In this document: positions 18,534-27,468 of the stretch, in pieces
Position numbering within the stretch: the first letter of the stretch is position 1
Layout: every line of letters starts with the position of its first letter
Virus record (IMG/VR): IMGVR_UViG_3300025324_000011
Location: 32,985-96,984 of that record
DNA from: a virus
Direction: 5' to 3' (one strand)
Length of the DNA stretch: 64,000 bases
Translations under genes and position numbers: made by a program
The notes under the pieces: generated by a model
What the model saw: only the letters and a program-made list of their open reading frames with translations
What the model was told of the DNA's origin: nothing
Database searches by the model: none

Positions 18534-18827
18534 TTAGAGCTCCTCGGGCGGCTCAAGATAGCCAAGATCGAAGATGATCTGCCGCAGCTCGCGTCGCACG
18601 GTGCGGTTCAACTCTACCAGGCGTTCCGAGGCAGCCTGAGCCTGCGCGGTGCCCTTTCGCGCTGCGGTCGGTTCGAGATCGAGCGGCAGGGGGCGGAGGC
18701 GGTCTAGCACCTTGGTGGCGGCCTCGAAGGAGATGCCGATTTCTGAGGCGAGGGCTCTTGCCGCTGCCGGCGGGGGGCAGCAGAGATACAGCCAGCAGCA
18801 CGGACTACCGAGCGACGATTGAGGCAC
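18534..18827 (-). CDS. hypothetical protein
   Basis: Fills the gap between membrane genes; likely GTG start at 18827. Confidence 0.45.
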   Translation of the reverse strand: MPQSSLGSPCCWLYLCCPPPAAARALASEIGISFEAATKVLDRLRPLPLDLEPTAARKGTAQAQAASERLVELNRTVRRELRQIIFDLGYLEPPEEL

Positions 18828-18832
18828 CCTTT

Positions 18833-19180
18833 CTATCCTCCCAGCTTCGCAAGTCCAGAGAAGACTCGGACATTGATCTGCTCTTGATTGGCCATCTTTT
18901 CCTCCATAACGGAGATGCGCCCACCGAGAGAGGAGACGCGCTCTTGGTATCGCACCAACTCCACGGTCGCCGTCTGATTGGCCGTTGTGGACTTCTCGAT
19001 CGCGGCCTGAAGCTCGCCAACCTTTGTCTCGAGACCGTTGAGCCGCATCGAGGCGACGCCGAGCAAAAAGATCCAGCCGACGACGCCCAAGATGACCCCC
19101 GGGCTGATCCACTGTTTGAGATATTCCATCGCTCGATCACCCATGGCGGTAGCCTCCTGCATGGACGGAGTGTCGCTCAC
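18833..19180 (-). CDS. single-TM + coiled-coil protein (lysis-cassette type)
   Basis: TM VILGVVGWIFLLGVA followed by coiled coil. Confidence 0.7.
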   Translation of the reverse strand: MSDTPSMQEATAMGDRAMEYLKQWISPGVILGVVGWIFLLGVASMRLNGLETKVGELQAAIEKSTTANQTATVELVRYQERVSSLGGRISVMEEKMANQEQINVRVFSGLAKLGG

Positions 19181-19553
19181 GGCCCTGCTGCCGCCCTGCG
19201 GCTACCCCTGGCCTGATAGAGGTGAACCGAGAAGGCCAAACCGAGGGCCAAGATCTCGGCGCCCCAAACGGTTGCCAGGAGAATGAGAAGATTTGCGGTC
19301 ACGTGGCGATGGCCCTCCGCAGCTTCAGGCCCTTCTCTTTGTCTCTAGTGAATCGAAAATACAGAAACACAGAGACGCAGAGCGCCACGGCAAGGGGTGC
19401 AACCACCCTGAGCATGGCGAAGTAGTGCACTGCCTCAGTAACATTCGGATGGATCATCGGATGAAATCCTCATTGCGGTTAAAAAAAGAGCCAAGGCGAC
19501 AACCGGAGGAGGAACGAAACCTTCGCCTTGGCTCTGTCGAAACCACCACTCTT

Positions 19554-19964
19554 TCACCGCCGCCCCCTCGCTTCCGCCCGTGATAGATGCGCCCTCTTAG
19601 ATTCGCGGATGGCAGCCTGAGGAAACCCTTCGACTTCCGACCATTCTCCGTCATCTGCCAAGGCTGCCCATTTTCCGTCTCGACGCTGCAACCGATCTGT
19701 CATTAGATAGGATACAACTTCAGCATCGTCCGCCACAACCCGAGATGCGAGCATCTCGGTCAACCGTTCCTCGGTCGCCAAGATCGCCTCTTCGGGAGTA
19801 GAAAACCCGGTGCCGGCCGCATGGAGAGAGGTGAACGATCCACCGCCTTCTGCGATTTTGCACAGCCACAAGGAGGAATCATGGCCGATGGGCTCGGGCC
19901 GCATACGGATGCCTTGAGCAAGACGCGCGACCATTACGGCGAACGGATTGGGTGCTACGGCCAT
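19554..19964 (-). CDS. hypothetical protein
   Basis: 136-aa ORF. Confidence 0.5.
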   Translation of the reverse strand: MAVAPNPFAVMVARLAQGIRMRPEPIGHDSSLWLCKIAEGGGSFTSLHAAGTGFSTPEEAILATEERLTEMLASRVVADDAEVVSYLMTDRLQRRDGKWAALADDGEWSEVEGFPQAAIRESKRAHLSRAEARGRR

Positions 19965-20388
19965 CGGTCTCTATTCTAGAACCACTGCGGCGTTTGATGC
20001 AACCCGAAGGATGATGGGCAGTGATCGGACCCGCACTTAAAGCTCACTGCGTATTGAGCGATGTCTATCCACTTTTCCGAACCGCATCCGATATTCCTGC
20101 TCCATGTGCCAGCAGTTTCTCGCTCAGCTCCCTTACCTTATCCATCAACCACAGCATGGCCTCCCGTTCGCGAAGGTAGTGGCCGCAAGGGAGTCCGTTA
20201 TCTCTATTCCATGCAATCTTCCCGTTTAGCCATTGGACGCGAGTCAAGGTAATCTTGAATACCCCATCTTCATTGATTTGTAGGTAGGACCTCCGCCTCC
20301 CTCTTCTATCCGCTGAAGGCGCTCAGCTTGGCGCATCTTGTTTCGTTGGCGAGATGCAATGGACATGATGCAACCTCCGAAGTTGAAG

Positions 20389-20460
20389 TGGGGCCAGCAG
20401 GGATCGAACCTGCGACCATCCGCTTAAGAGGCGGCAGCTCTACCGCTGAGCTATGGCCCC
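20389..20460 (-). tRNA. tRNA-Lys (anticodon CTT), CCA not encoded
   Basis: GGGGCCA acceptor stem, GCTC/GAGC D-arm, CTCTTAA anticodon loop, GCAGG-TTCGATC-CCTGC T-arm. Confidence 0.95.
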
Positions 20461-20484
20461 ATGGTTTTTAATACATCGTCCCAT

Positions 20485-20721
20485 TTACCACCCCTCCGCG
20501 CGCCGACGATTGACGCGGTGCCCGCAATCGATGCAGGTGACGCCCCGCGTGTAAATACCACCCCCGCTCGACTCCGAGTCGTCCCTTCCCCATGTTCCCG
20601 CCATCCTCACCTTCGCGTAAAACTCAAATCCGGAGGTACCTCCGCAGTGCGGGCAGCACATTATCTGGGCGCTCTTTTTCATTTCTCTCCGTCCCTTCAT
20701 TTCGTCACCCATGCACCCCAA
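20485..20721 (-). CDS. Zn-ribbon hypothetical protein
   Basis: CPHCGG and CIDCG. Confidence 0.55.
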   Translation of the reverse strand: MGCMGDEMKGRREMKKSAQIMCCPHCGGTSGFEFYAKVRMAGTWGRDDSESSGGGIYTRGVTCIDCGHRVNRRRAEGW

Positions 20722-20826
20722 CGATCAAACTTGATGGGCGAGCAGAAAATCTCGCAATCCAATCCATTCCTTGTTTCGCCAGCAGCTCGCAACGTAGATT
20801 CTCGGATCTTTCAGGTTGTGGCCTAA

Positions 20827-21120
20827 TTAGCACGGGTCAAGACGCGCCCATACAATGGACTCGCCGTCCGTGCCGCGCTCGATTGATGTACTGACACGAT
20901 AGTGTCGCCGTACATATCGCTTGTCGTTGTAATAATGGACGATCGACCTCTGGAGCCGCCTGACCTCGGTGGTCGGCACCGGGATGGGCCAATAGAGGAG
21001 TGGATTCCTCCGCGCCTCCGGGCTCGCCATCACCTCCTCGAGTCTCCTGTACACCTCCCGCCATCGGTCTCGGTCGTTGAGATGACGGGGAGGGATTGCT
21101 AAGCGCTGCTCTACGTCCAT
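20827..21120 (-). CDS. hypothetical protein
   Basis: GGAGG RBS. Confidence 0.6.
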   Translation of the reverse strand: MDVEQRLAIPPRHLNDRDRWREVYRRLEEVMASPEARRNPLLYWPIPVPTTEVRRLQRSIVHYYNDKRYVRRHYRVSTSIERGTDGESIVWARLDPC

Positions 21121-21182
21121 GGTTGACGCCTCCCGCGTAACATGCTAACATAGGACCGCCATGAGATGCAAGCGCCAACAGA

Positions 21183-21307
21183 TCCAACGCCTTGAATCCA
21201 AGTTTCCGTAGAGATCCAAGGAAATGGACTGACCGGCGCTAGATCTAGTGCATGAGGCCATAGACACCACTATATGTTGTGTTGGCGCTGTTGGCACAGG
21301 TGCTGCA
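21183..21307 (+). promoter_or_regulatory. composite promoter copy 2
   Basis: TCCAACGCCTTGAA 21183; TCCAAGGAAATGGA 21215; GCGCTAGATCTAGTGC 21236; CCACTATATGTTGTGT 21267; GG at 21293, N10, GC at 21305. Confidence 0.85.
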
Positions 21308-21379
21308 TTAGTATGGACTCAGGACGGACAAAGGACAGACCAGAAGCGAGACAGGATAAACAACGGAAGAGAGGACAAA

Positions 21380-21562
21380 ATGAGACTGACCAAGGCAGAC
21401 CACGAGAAGATTAACAAGCTGGCTGACAAGTACTACGATTGCCGCGACCGAGAGGGCAGGACGCACGAAGAGGCAGTCTCTGAGGTCTTCGAGCTGTCAT
21501 CTGAGATTAGTGCATCTATGCACCTTGTCCGGATCACTCTTTCTACTATTGCAGTGGTCTAA
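21380..21562 (+). CDS. small early protein
   Basis: GAGGA RBS; first ORF after promoter copy 2. Confidence 0.6.
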   Translation: MRLTKADHEKINKLADKYYDCRDREGRTHEEAVSEVFELSSEISASMHLVRITLSTIAVV

Positions 21563-21597
21563 ACCGACCAACCAGCGCGGATTAAGGAGATGATGTC

Positions 21598-22017
21598 ATG
21601 AGCATTCTCGCATACCGCGACTTCGTCCCTGGTGTAACCGTCAAGCTTACGGGTAACTTCCTCATCTCAACAGGACAACGCAAAGGCGGCGAAGGCTCAA
21701 AGCGTTGGACAGTCTTAGCCTGCACTTGCGGTCTATGCCGTAGCAACAAACATGTTGCAGTCAATGAGCCTTCAATGTCAATCTTCACTCCAGAGGAGAT
21801 AGCTAAAGAGCCCAGGATTGTCCATCGTCACATTGCAAAAGAGAACCTCGCGATTGTCGGACAATTGGACCATCGTAACTGTGGAGATGTCTATGCAGGG
21901 CAGACGATGGAGGGGCTCATAGCAGGGAGAAAGCCTCTAGGATCAAGGCCGATAGATACAGAGCCCGAGCCTGAGACTAAGCCTGCAAAGCCATGCCCCG
22001 ATGAACAGGAGGCTTGA
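21598..22017 (+). CDS. hypothetical protein
   Basis: TAAGGAG RBS; CTCGLC. Confidence 0.7.
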   Translation: MSILAYRDFVPGVTVKLTGNFLISTGQRKGGEGSKRWTVLACTCGLCRSNKHVAVNEPSMSIFTPEEIAKEPRIVHRHIAKENLAIVGQLDHRNCGDVYAGQTMEGLIAGRKPLGSRPIDTEPEPETKPAKPCPDEQEA

Positions 22018-22022
22018 AGTAG

Positions 22023-22253
22023 ATGTCAACCACAATTAACACTATCCGAGAATTCAAAGCAAGATCTGTCTCGCTTTTTGAGAATAACAACTACCTCCAA
22101 CGCGGAACCACTATTACGTGGCGTGGAGCCAGGAAGACAACTTGGCGCGGCGGATCATCTGGATTCAGTGGGGAGTTCGAAGTCTCACATCCGTCACACA
22201 AAACTGTCCTTATTGTAGCATCTTACGACGATGAAGGACTAACAATAAGATGA
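22023..22253 (+). CDS. hypothetical protein
   Basis: AGGAGG upstream. Confidence 0.55.
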   Translation: MSTTINTIREFKARSVSLFENNNYLQRGTTITWRGARKTTWRGGSSGFSGEFEVSHPSHKTVLIVASYDDEGLTIR

Positions 22254-22398
22254 GCCAAAATGCTCTGCCGTGTTATATCCTCTGCCGAACCCCCACCTTG
22301 CGCGCCCATGCCGCCGCCGATGTCGTTGCTCCCGCAAGCCTAGAAGAGGTCGCTGAGGGGGTGCTTGAAATTCTTCGCGCGAGCATGGAGGGTGCGCC

Positions 22399-22665
22399 AT
22401 GAGCGCAGGAGTCTCGGAGAGGGGAGTTGGGATGTCTTCCCCGACCTTCCGCCCAGGCGATCGAATCGAATGGCGCCAAGGACCGCGAGGACTGCGCCGC
22501 AGCGGCGTTGTCGTCTCGGCGCGCAATCAGATTGCCAGACTGCAAGTGCGCCGCGATTCGACGGGCGAGCTTTGCTATGTTACTCCAAGCGCCAACCCGG
22601 TGGTCTTGACAGAAGAAAGACAACAGGACCTCGGACTCGTCAACACCCCTTACGGGTGGGAGTGA
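22399..22665 (+). CDS. small SH3-like hypothetical protein
   Basis: GGAGG RBS; FRPGDRIEW. Confidence 0.55.
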   Translation: MSAGVSERGVGMSSPTFRPGDRIEWRQGPRGLRRSGVVVSARNQIARLQVRRDSTGELCYVTPSANPVVLTEERQQDLGLVNTPYGWE

Positions 22666-22671
22666 GATCGC

Positions 22672-23040
22672 ATGAACACTGCCGCTTGTCACGCCCGCGC
22701 CGTCAGCAACGGCATCAGGCTCGCCATGTCCAGCCGCACGGGCCGCGAGTCCCTAGATCGCTTCTGGCGACTCCTGCGGCGGTTACAGCGCCTGCCGATG
22801 GGCGACCTACGCCTCTTGGCGGGCAACCTGCGGCTCGCTTGGAGTCCACTCAGGGGCCGTACGGAGCTGGCCTCCAAGCTGGCCTTAGAGGGCGAGATCC
22901 GCTACGCCAGTCGATCAATGGCCGGTCCTGACGGATCAATCAGATACGCCCTGACGAGTCCATCTCGACGGCATCATGATGCCGCCTTTCTTCGCGCTCC
23001 TAGTGGACGCATGTGTTTCCTGTTGGGGGCGCGCCGATGA
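22672..23040 (+). CDS. hypothetical protein
   Basis: ORF in operon. Confidence 0.5.
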   Translation: MNTAACHARAVSNGIRLAMSSRTGRESLDRFWRLLRRLQRLPMGDLRLLAGNLRLAWSPLRGRTELASKLALEGEIRYASRSMAGPDGSIRYALTSPSRRHHDAAFLRAPSGRMCFLLGARR

Positions 23041-23309
23041 ACCTCTTTTCGAACCGTCTTTTTGTTACAGGCGTATTCGCAGGCATCGCTTATGGCTCCG
23101 CGATGTTTGGGCTAGGGTACGCGACGGGCAGAGACGCGTACAGGCCGCGGAACTTGATCTGTATCACGCCATTGGATGACAACGCGGTGCGAATCACGCA
23201 CTATCGTCTAGATGGCAGCATGGCAACCGAGGACACCCTGACAGATAACGACGCGAAGACAGGGTGGGCAATTCCGGGCTGGGCGGCCGAAACCCTGGGG
23301 CAGAGATGA
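23037..23309 (+). CDS. membrane-anchored hypothetical protein
   Basis: ATGA overlap; N-terminal TM. Confidence 0.55.
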   Translation: MNLFSNRLFVTGVFAGIAYGSAMFGLGYATGRDAYRPRNLICITPLDDNAVRITHYRLDGSMATEDTLTDNDAKTGWAIPGWAAETLGQR

Positions 23310-23331
23310 CCCGCACCGGTAAAAAGGAGAC

Positions 23332-23679
23332 GTGAAAATGGATATGCAAGGGCCAGCCGTCACGCAAGTCGGCTCCAAGCCTAGCTACTCGGATAGCCAC
23401 AAGGAGACTTTAATGGACGCGGCCGCTCTGCTCTGGCTGGACAACCAGATCCTCAGGACCAAGATCAGCCGGCTCGAAGCGGCTCTCCGCTGGGCTGAAT
23501 GCGAGCGCGATGCCGCAAAGGCTGCGGTCGCTGATAATTTGGGCATCGGTACCCTCTACGCTGTACTGGATGATGCCGTCCAGCGCCTCGGCACCCGGGA
23601 AGTTGCTGGCCTTTGCGGGGCGGTGAGCTTCCCGGAGATGGCGAGCGCTTCAAGACTGACGGGTGGCGCCCAGCCCTGA
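23332..23679 (+). CDS. hypothetical protein starting MKMDMQGPAV
   Basis: AAGGAG RBS. Confidence 0.65.
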   Translation: MKMDMQGPAVTQVGSKPSYSDSHKETLMDAAALLWLDNQILRTKISRLEAALRWAECERDAAKAAVADNLGIGTLYAVLDDAVQRLGTREVAGLCGAVSFPEMASASRLTGGAQP

Positions 23680-23790
23680 GCCCCCGCCCCTCTCCTCTCA
23701 GAGGGGAGCGGCGAGCGCTCAACGGAGAGCGCCAATCGCTGCTGGACGAAACCCAAGGGAACCCACCCGTGGGCCAGCGAGGAGAACGCC

Positions 23791-24129
23791 ATGAACCCAA
23801 CGGAGATGAAGCCGGCGTCAAAGGCAATGCAGGACTTCTTGGAAGGAAAGACCGATCGAGAAGAAGTAGACGATCCCTACTACAGTGAGATGGAAACGGC
23901 TCTCAGGTCGGCAGATGAACAGTGGTTCGAGGTCACGGGCTCTTCACCGAAGGTTGGGGGAGGATGGGATGACCTAATGGCATCTCTGTCGAGGCGGTTT
24001 ACGCAGCCACGCGGTACGGACCGTTTCGAAGTCAGGACGGTCCCGGCTGGCCGGGATCTCAAGGGAGATCCAACGGAGCGGGAGTTCATTCGGTACACCT
24101 GCGGGGTGACAGGCGAGAAGATCGACTGA
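23791..24129 (+). CDS. hypothetical protein
   Basis: GAGGAG RBS. Confidence 0.7.
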   Translation: MNPTEMKPASKAMQDFLEGKTDREEVDDPYYSEMETALRSADEQWFEVTGSSPKVGGGWDDLMASLSRRFTQPRGTDRFEVRTVPAGRDLKGDPTEREFIRYTCGVTGEKID

Positions 24130-24160
24130 GGTATCCTGAGCTACCACTGGTCTTTAGGAG

Positions 24161-24560
24161 ATGAGCATGGCGACGCAAGAACAGATTACGGAGGACCTGC
24201 TTGAGAATCGCCTTTTGCTCGACCATTACCCGCGGACGCGTGTCTGCTGGTACAACACCGCGCCGTTGCATCCAGAGACAAACGAAGGGAGATTGGAAGC
24301 TGTCACGCTCGACGCTGTGCCACGGGTAAGTGATCTTGTGATGTTCGGAAAGTCCAACCTTACCCGTGAAGCATGTTTGTTGGTATCCGGATACCTGCAA
24401 GGTCTGGGTGACTTGCCAAGCGACAGGAGCCACGAACGATGTCACGGCCGACCGAGAAGACCACCCACTACTTGCCCGGCCCAAGTCTGGCAGCGAGGCG
24501 GAGCGTGCGCTGCAACGGATCGAGCAGAGACTCATGGATCACGGATTTAACCTGACTTGA
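24161..24560 (+). pseudogene. hypothetical gene apparently frameshifted near 24350
   Basis: VPRVSDLVMF in one frame continues as VKHVCWYPDTCKVWV in another. Confidence 0.45.
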
Positions 24561-24586
24561 ACTTTGCCGGCGAAGGAGAGACCGAC

Positions 24587-25108
24587 GTGAGCGATATGCA
24601 AGGACCCGCCGTCAACAAGCCTCAGAAGGCCGCGCTGTGGTTGTACGAGACCGAGACCTGGTTTCTCCTAGAGCTTCTCAAAGACACGAGAAATCGTTTT
24701 TGGACAACTACGACTGCGAGAGGTGTACAGCTTGAAGAAGTGGAGCAGAAACTCGAGAAGGTTCTCGAAGGCTATAGGCGGCAGAACACAGAATCGGCTC
24801 CAAGAGAAGATTCGCGAGACCTGGCCGTCCGGATGGAAAAGGCAGAAACCAGACTCAATGAACAGGCTCGCATGATCAACTTTATGAGGAACTACCTGAT
24901 CGACCTTGAGAACAAGCAGACCGCGAGCCCGATGTTTGACCGCGATGAGCTTTCCCGTCTACGCAGCGCTTTGGAATGCGAGCTACGCACGTGGACCAAA
25001 GAATCACAGGAGGCAGGAGAGGGAAAGGAGATCAGAGAGTTGTATGTCAAGGTGTGCAGGCTTGCCGGGTGTGGTCTTCGTGATGATGAGCTGGAGCTAG
25101 GCTATTAA
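24587..25108 (+). CDS. coiled-coil hypothetical protein starting MSDMQGPAV
   Basis: AAGGAG RBS before GTG 24587. Confidence 0.7.
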   Translation: MSDMQGPAVNKPQKAALWLYETETWFLLELLKDTRNRFWTTTTARGVQLEEVEQKLEKVLEGYRRQNTESAPREDSRDLAVRMEKAETRLNEQARMINFMRNYLIDLENKQTASPMFDRDELSRLRSALECELRTWTKESQEAGEGKEIRELYVKVCRLAGCGLRDDELELGY

Positions 25109-25208
25109 AAAGACCGAAGCCCTGCCGGTACCTCCTGCCAGTCTGGGGGAGGTGCCGAGAGGGCTCCGGAATAGGGAACTCCACTTTTGGGCCAGCAAGG
25201 AGAAAGTC

Positions 25209-25385
25209 ATGACCGATAATGAGATTGGCAAAAGGGTTACCTGGGAAGGCGGTCACTGGATCGTCCGAGCGCGCTTACAAAGAGATTGGTTTGAGCTTGA
25301 GCACGACGATGGACGCATTAGGCAGGCACATCGTCGGGACATCTGCGGGCTGGCATATCTCCGCGCCGGAAAGGAAAGCTCATGA
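25209..25385 (+). CDS. small hypothetical protein
   Basis: AAGGAG RBS. Confidence 0.6.
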   Translation: MTDNEIGKRVTWEGGHWIVRARLQRDWFELEHDDGRIRQAHRRDICGLAYLRAGKESS

Positions 25386-25657
25386 AGATCATCGATCAAT
25401 GGCGGGCCGATGACGAAGTTTTCCGCCTGACGACCGAAGATGACGGCACGCATCGCTTGGAATGCCGTCCTGTTACCTCGGGCGGTGGCGCTTGGCGTGA
25501 TGTAACCGGGGACAGCGAGGCATTGCTCGTCAGGATTGAGGAGTTGGCCTCCGCTATCGAGATCCTCGTAAAGACGGCGCGGTACGGCCTGCTCCCGCTT
25601 CCCTCAAGGCTTGATTATCCAGATCTACTAGAGCCCGGAATCGAGGGGGCACCATGA
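25382..25657 (+). CDS. hypothetical protein
   Basis: ATGA overlaps on both sides. Confidence 0.65.
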   Translation: MKIIDQWRADDEVFRLTTEDDGTHRLECRPVTSGGGAWRDVTGDSEALLVRIEELASAIEILVKTARYGLLPLPSRLDYPDLLEPGIEGAP

Positions 25658-26349
25658 TTTCGGCGCTACATAAGCAGGGACGGCGAGCGCCGAAGCTGAA
25701 ATCACGGCAGCCGCGCATCGTTGACGGAATCGTTACTCACGAGCTGAGCGATGTCTCTAAGACTCAGGCCGTCTCTGTCGCAACATTTTTCGGCACCTTT
25801 GATATCGCTGGGGCAGAGATTTACGATCCTGCGCCGTCTTCGCGATTGCCAGAGGTTGGCTCTTGGGCGATGATTACTCGCAGACTTCCAGCCATCGAGG
25901 GCGGCGTTGACAAGCACTTCAGGGTAGGGCGATGCTTCTATTTGGAGCGCTCGGGTAACACCGACTCAAAGGGCTTCGGCCCCCGCGGCATTTATAAAGT
26001 AAAATGCCATTCTCCGTGGGGTGACGTCTCTTTATTCCCCTACGAATACAGCACCATCTCGATTCCCATGCTAATCGAGCTATGGGGCTCTGGGGAATTG
26101 ATCTTCCACCCTACCGCAGTTGATCCATTGCGATTGAATCAGGTTGTATTCTATGCACGCTCGCGCGGCCTCTCGCTTGCGGATGCGGCGGTGTTGGCAC
26201 TCGGAACTATCACTGCGCCGGTTGGCTGGTTTGAGCCGCGCGCAGATCTCGCGGAAGAATGCGAAGAGATGGAACGCCGCATTCATGCGCGGAAGCCGCC
26301 GCGGCGCTTCGGAATTCACGACATCGCAATCAAAGGGATATCGCCATGA
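25654..26349 (+). CDS. hypothetical protein with a SufB/SufD-like FYxRSRG helix motif
   Basis: NQVVFYARSRGLSLADAAVLALG. Confidence 0.6.
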   Translation: MISALHKQGRRAPKLKSRQPRIVDGIVTHELSDVSKTQAVSVATFFGTFDIAGAEIYDPAPSSRLPEVGSWAMITRRLPAIEGGVDKHFRVGRCFYLERSGNTDSKGFGPRGIYKVKCHSPWGDVSLFPYEYSTISIPMLIELWGSGELIFHPTAVDPLRLNQVVFYARSRGLSLADAAVLALGTITAPVGWFEPRADLAEECEEMERRIHARKPPRRFGIHDIAIKGISP

Positions 26350-26582
26350 ACAATTGGCCTGATCGAACAGATGAAGTCTGGAGGAAATGGCGGGCGTTGC
26401 CAGACAATCAAGAGCGATGCGTAGCCGTTGCTCGATTCTTCGGAGCCTTGGCGGCCGGATCGCCTACGGAACGGGCTACGACCATCCTGCGCCTTTTGGA
26501 ATTGGCAATTGACAAGCAGGCGGGAGCGGATATCCGCTGGCCTGCCGTGACGGATGCGCTTACAGGAGGAAACAATCCATGA
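26346..26582 (+). CDS. hypothetical protein
   Basis: ATGA overlaps. Confidence 0.55.
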   Translation: MNNWPDRTDEVWRKWRALPDNQERCVAVARFFGALAAGSPTERATTILRLLELAIDKQAGADIRWPAVTDALTGGNNP

Positions 26583-27457
26583 GCGAAGCGCTTGCTGTAA
26601 CCTATACGGTGACCGCCGAAGACATCGCGGCGAAGCGATTGGCCTACGATGTCCTTGCGGCAGATACGCCGCAGGGATACGAATCCGTGCGAGTCGCTAT
26701 CGCAGATTGTAGGGCGACCCGCACCTCCATCGAAAAACGGAGAGTCGAACTGAAGGCGGACGCATTGGCTTTTGGGCGGCGCGTCGATTCGATCGCAAGG
26801 GAATTGACATCCCTGATCGAATCGATCGAAGAGCCGCTGAGGCTCAAAAAGGCGGCCGTGGATGACGCAAGGGAACGCGCCAAGGCGGAGAAGGAAGCCG
26901 AGGCACGGCGCATCGTTGAAGAGGAATTGCGAATCGAAAGGGAGGCGAGGGAGACTCAGGAGCACGCTGCGCGGGAAGCCGAGGAGAAGCGGCTGGCAGA
27001 GGAGCGCGAAAGACTGGCCGCAGAACGCGCCGAGATCGAACGGCAGCGCGCGGAATCGGAGGCAAGGGAAAGGGCCGCATCCGAAGCACTGAGAGCAGAG
27101 AAGGAAGCCCTGGAGACGGAGCGACAGCGCCTCGAAGCCGAGAAGCGGGCCGCTGAGCATGCAGAGTTTGAGCGGCTCGCAAAGATCCGCGCCGAAGCAG
27201 AGGCGAAGGAGCTGGCGCGCTTGGCGGTAATCGCCGCCGAGGAAGAGCGGATCGCTGAGGCGGAGCGTGCCGAGGGGCACCGCAAGCGCTTGGAGGCCCT
27301 GAAGCCCGACAAGGACAAGCTCGCCGCCTTCGCCGCCCGCCTACGCGAAGCGGAGGCCCCTATCGTCAAGACGCGAGATGGTAAGCGAGCACTGGCGGTG
27401 GCGGTCGCTGCGCTCGAAGAGATCGCCACTGCCTTGGAGGCGTTCGGCTCGCCATGA
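26579..27457 (+). CDS. long coiled-coil phage protein (DUF1351-like)
   Basis: RTSIEKRRVELKADALAFGRRVD followed by an E/A/R-rich helix; AGGAGG RBS. Confidence 0.8.
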   Translation: MSEALAVTYTVTAEDIAAKRLAYDVLAADTPQGYESVRVAIADCRATRTSIEKRRVELKADALAFGRRVDSIARELTSLIESIEEPLRLKKAAVDDARERAKAEKEAEARRIVEEELRIEREARETQEHAAREAEEKRLAEERERLAAERAEIERQRAESEARERAASEALRAEKEALETERQRLEAEKRAAEHAEFERLAKIRAEAEAKELARLAVIAAEEERIAEAERAEGHRKRLEALKPDKDKLAAFAARLREAEAPIVKTRDGKRALAVAVAALEEIATALEAFGSP

Positions 27458-27468
27458 ACCCGATTCGA

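Noticed and set aside
20389-20460. tRNA as att site or prophage boundary
   Set aside because: Phage-like genes lie on both sides, with no duplicated 3' end and no integrase nearby.
23720-23760. Hammerhead ribozyme (GACGAAAC)
   Set aside because: No CTGANGA core in a compatible position.
26408-27429. Long antisense ORFs over the coiled-coil, tape measure, tailspike and transposase genes
   Set aside because: Shadow ORFs expected in GC-rich coding DNA; no RBS or motifs.
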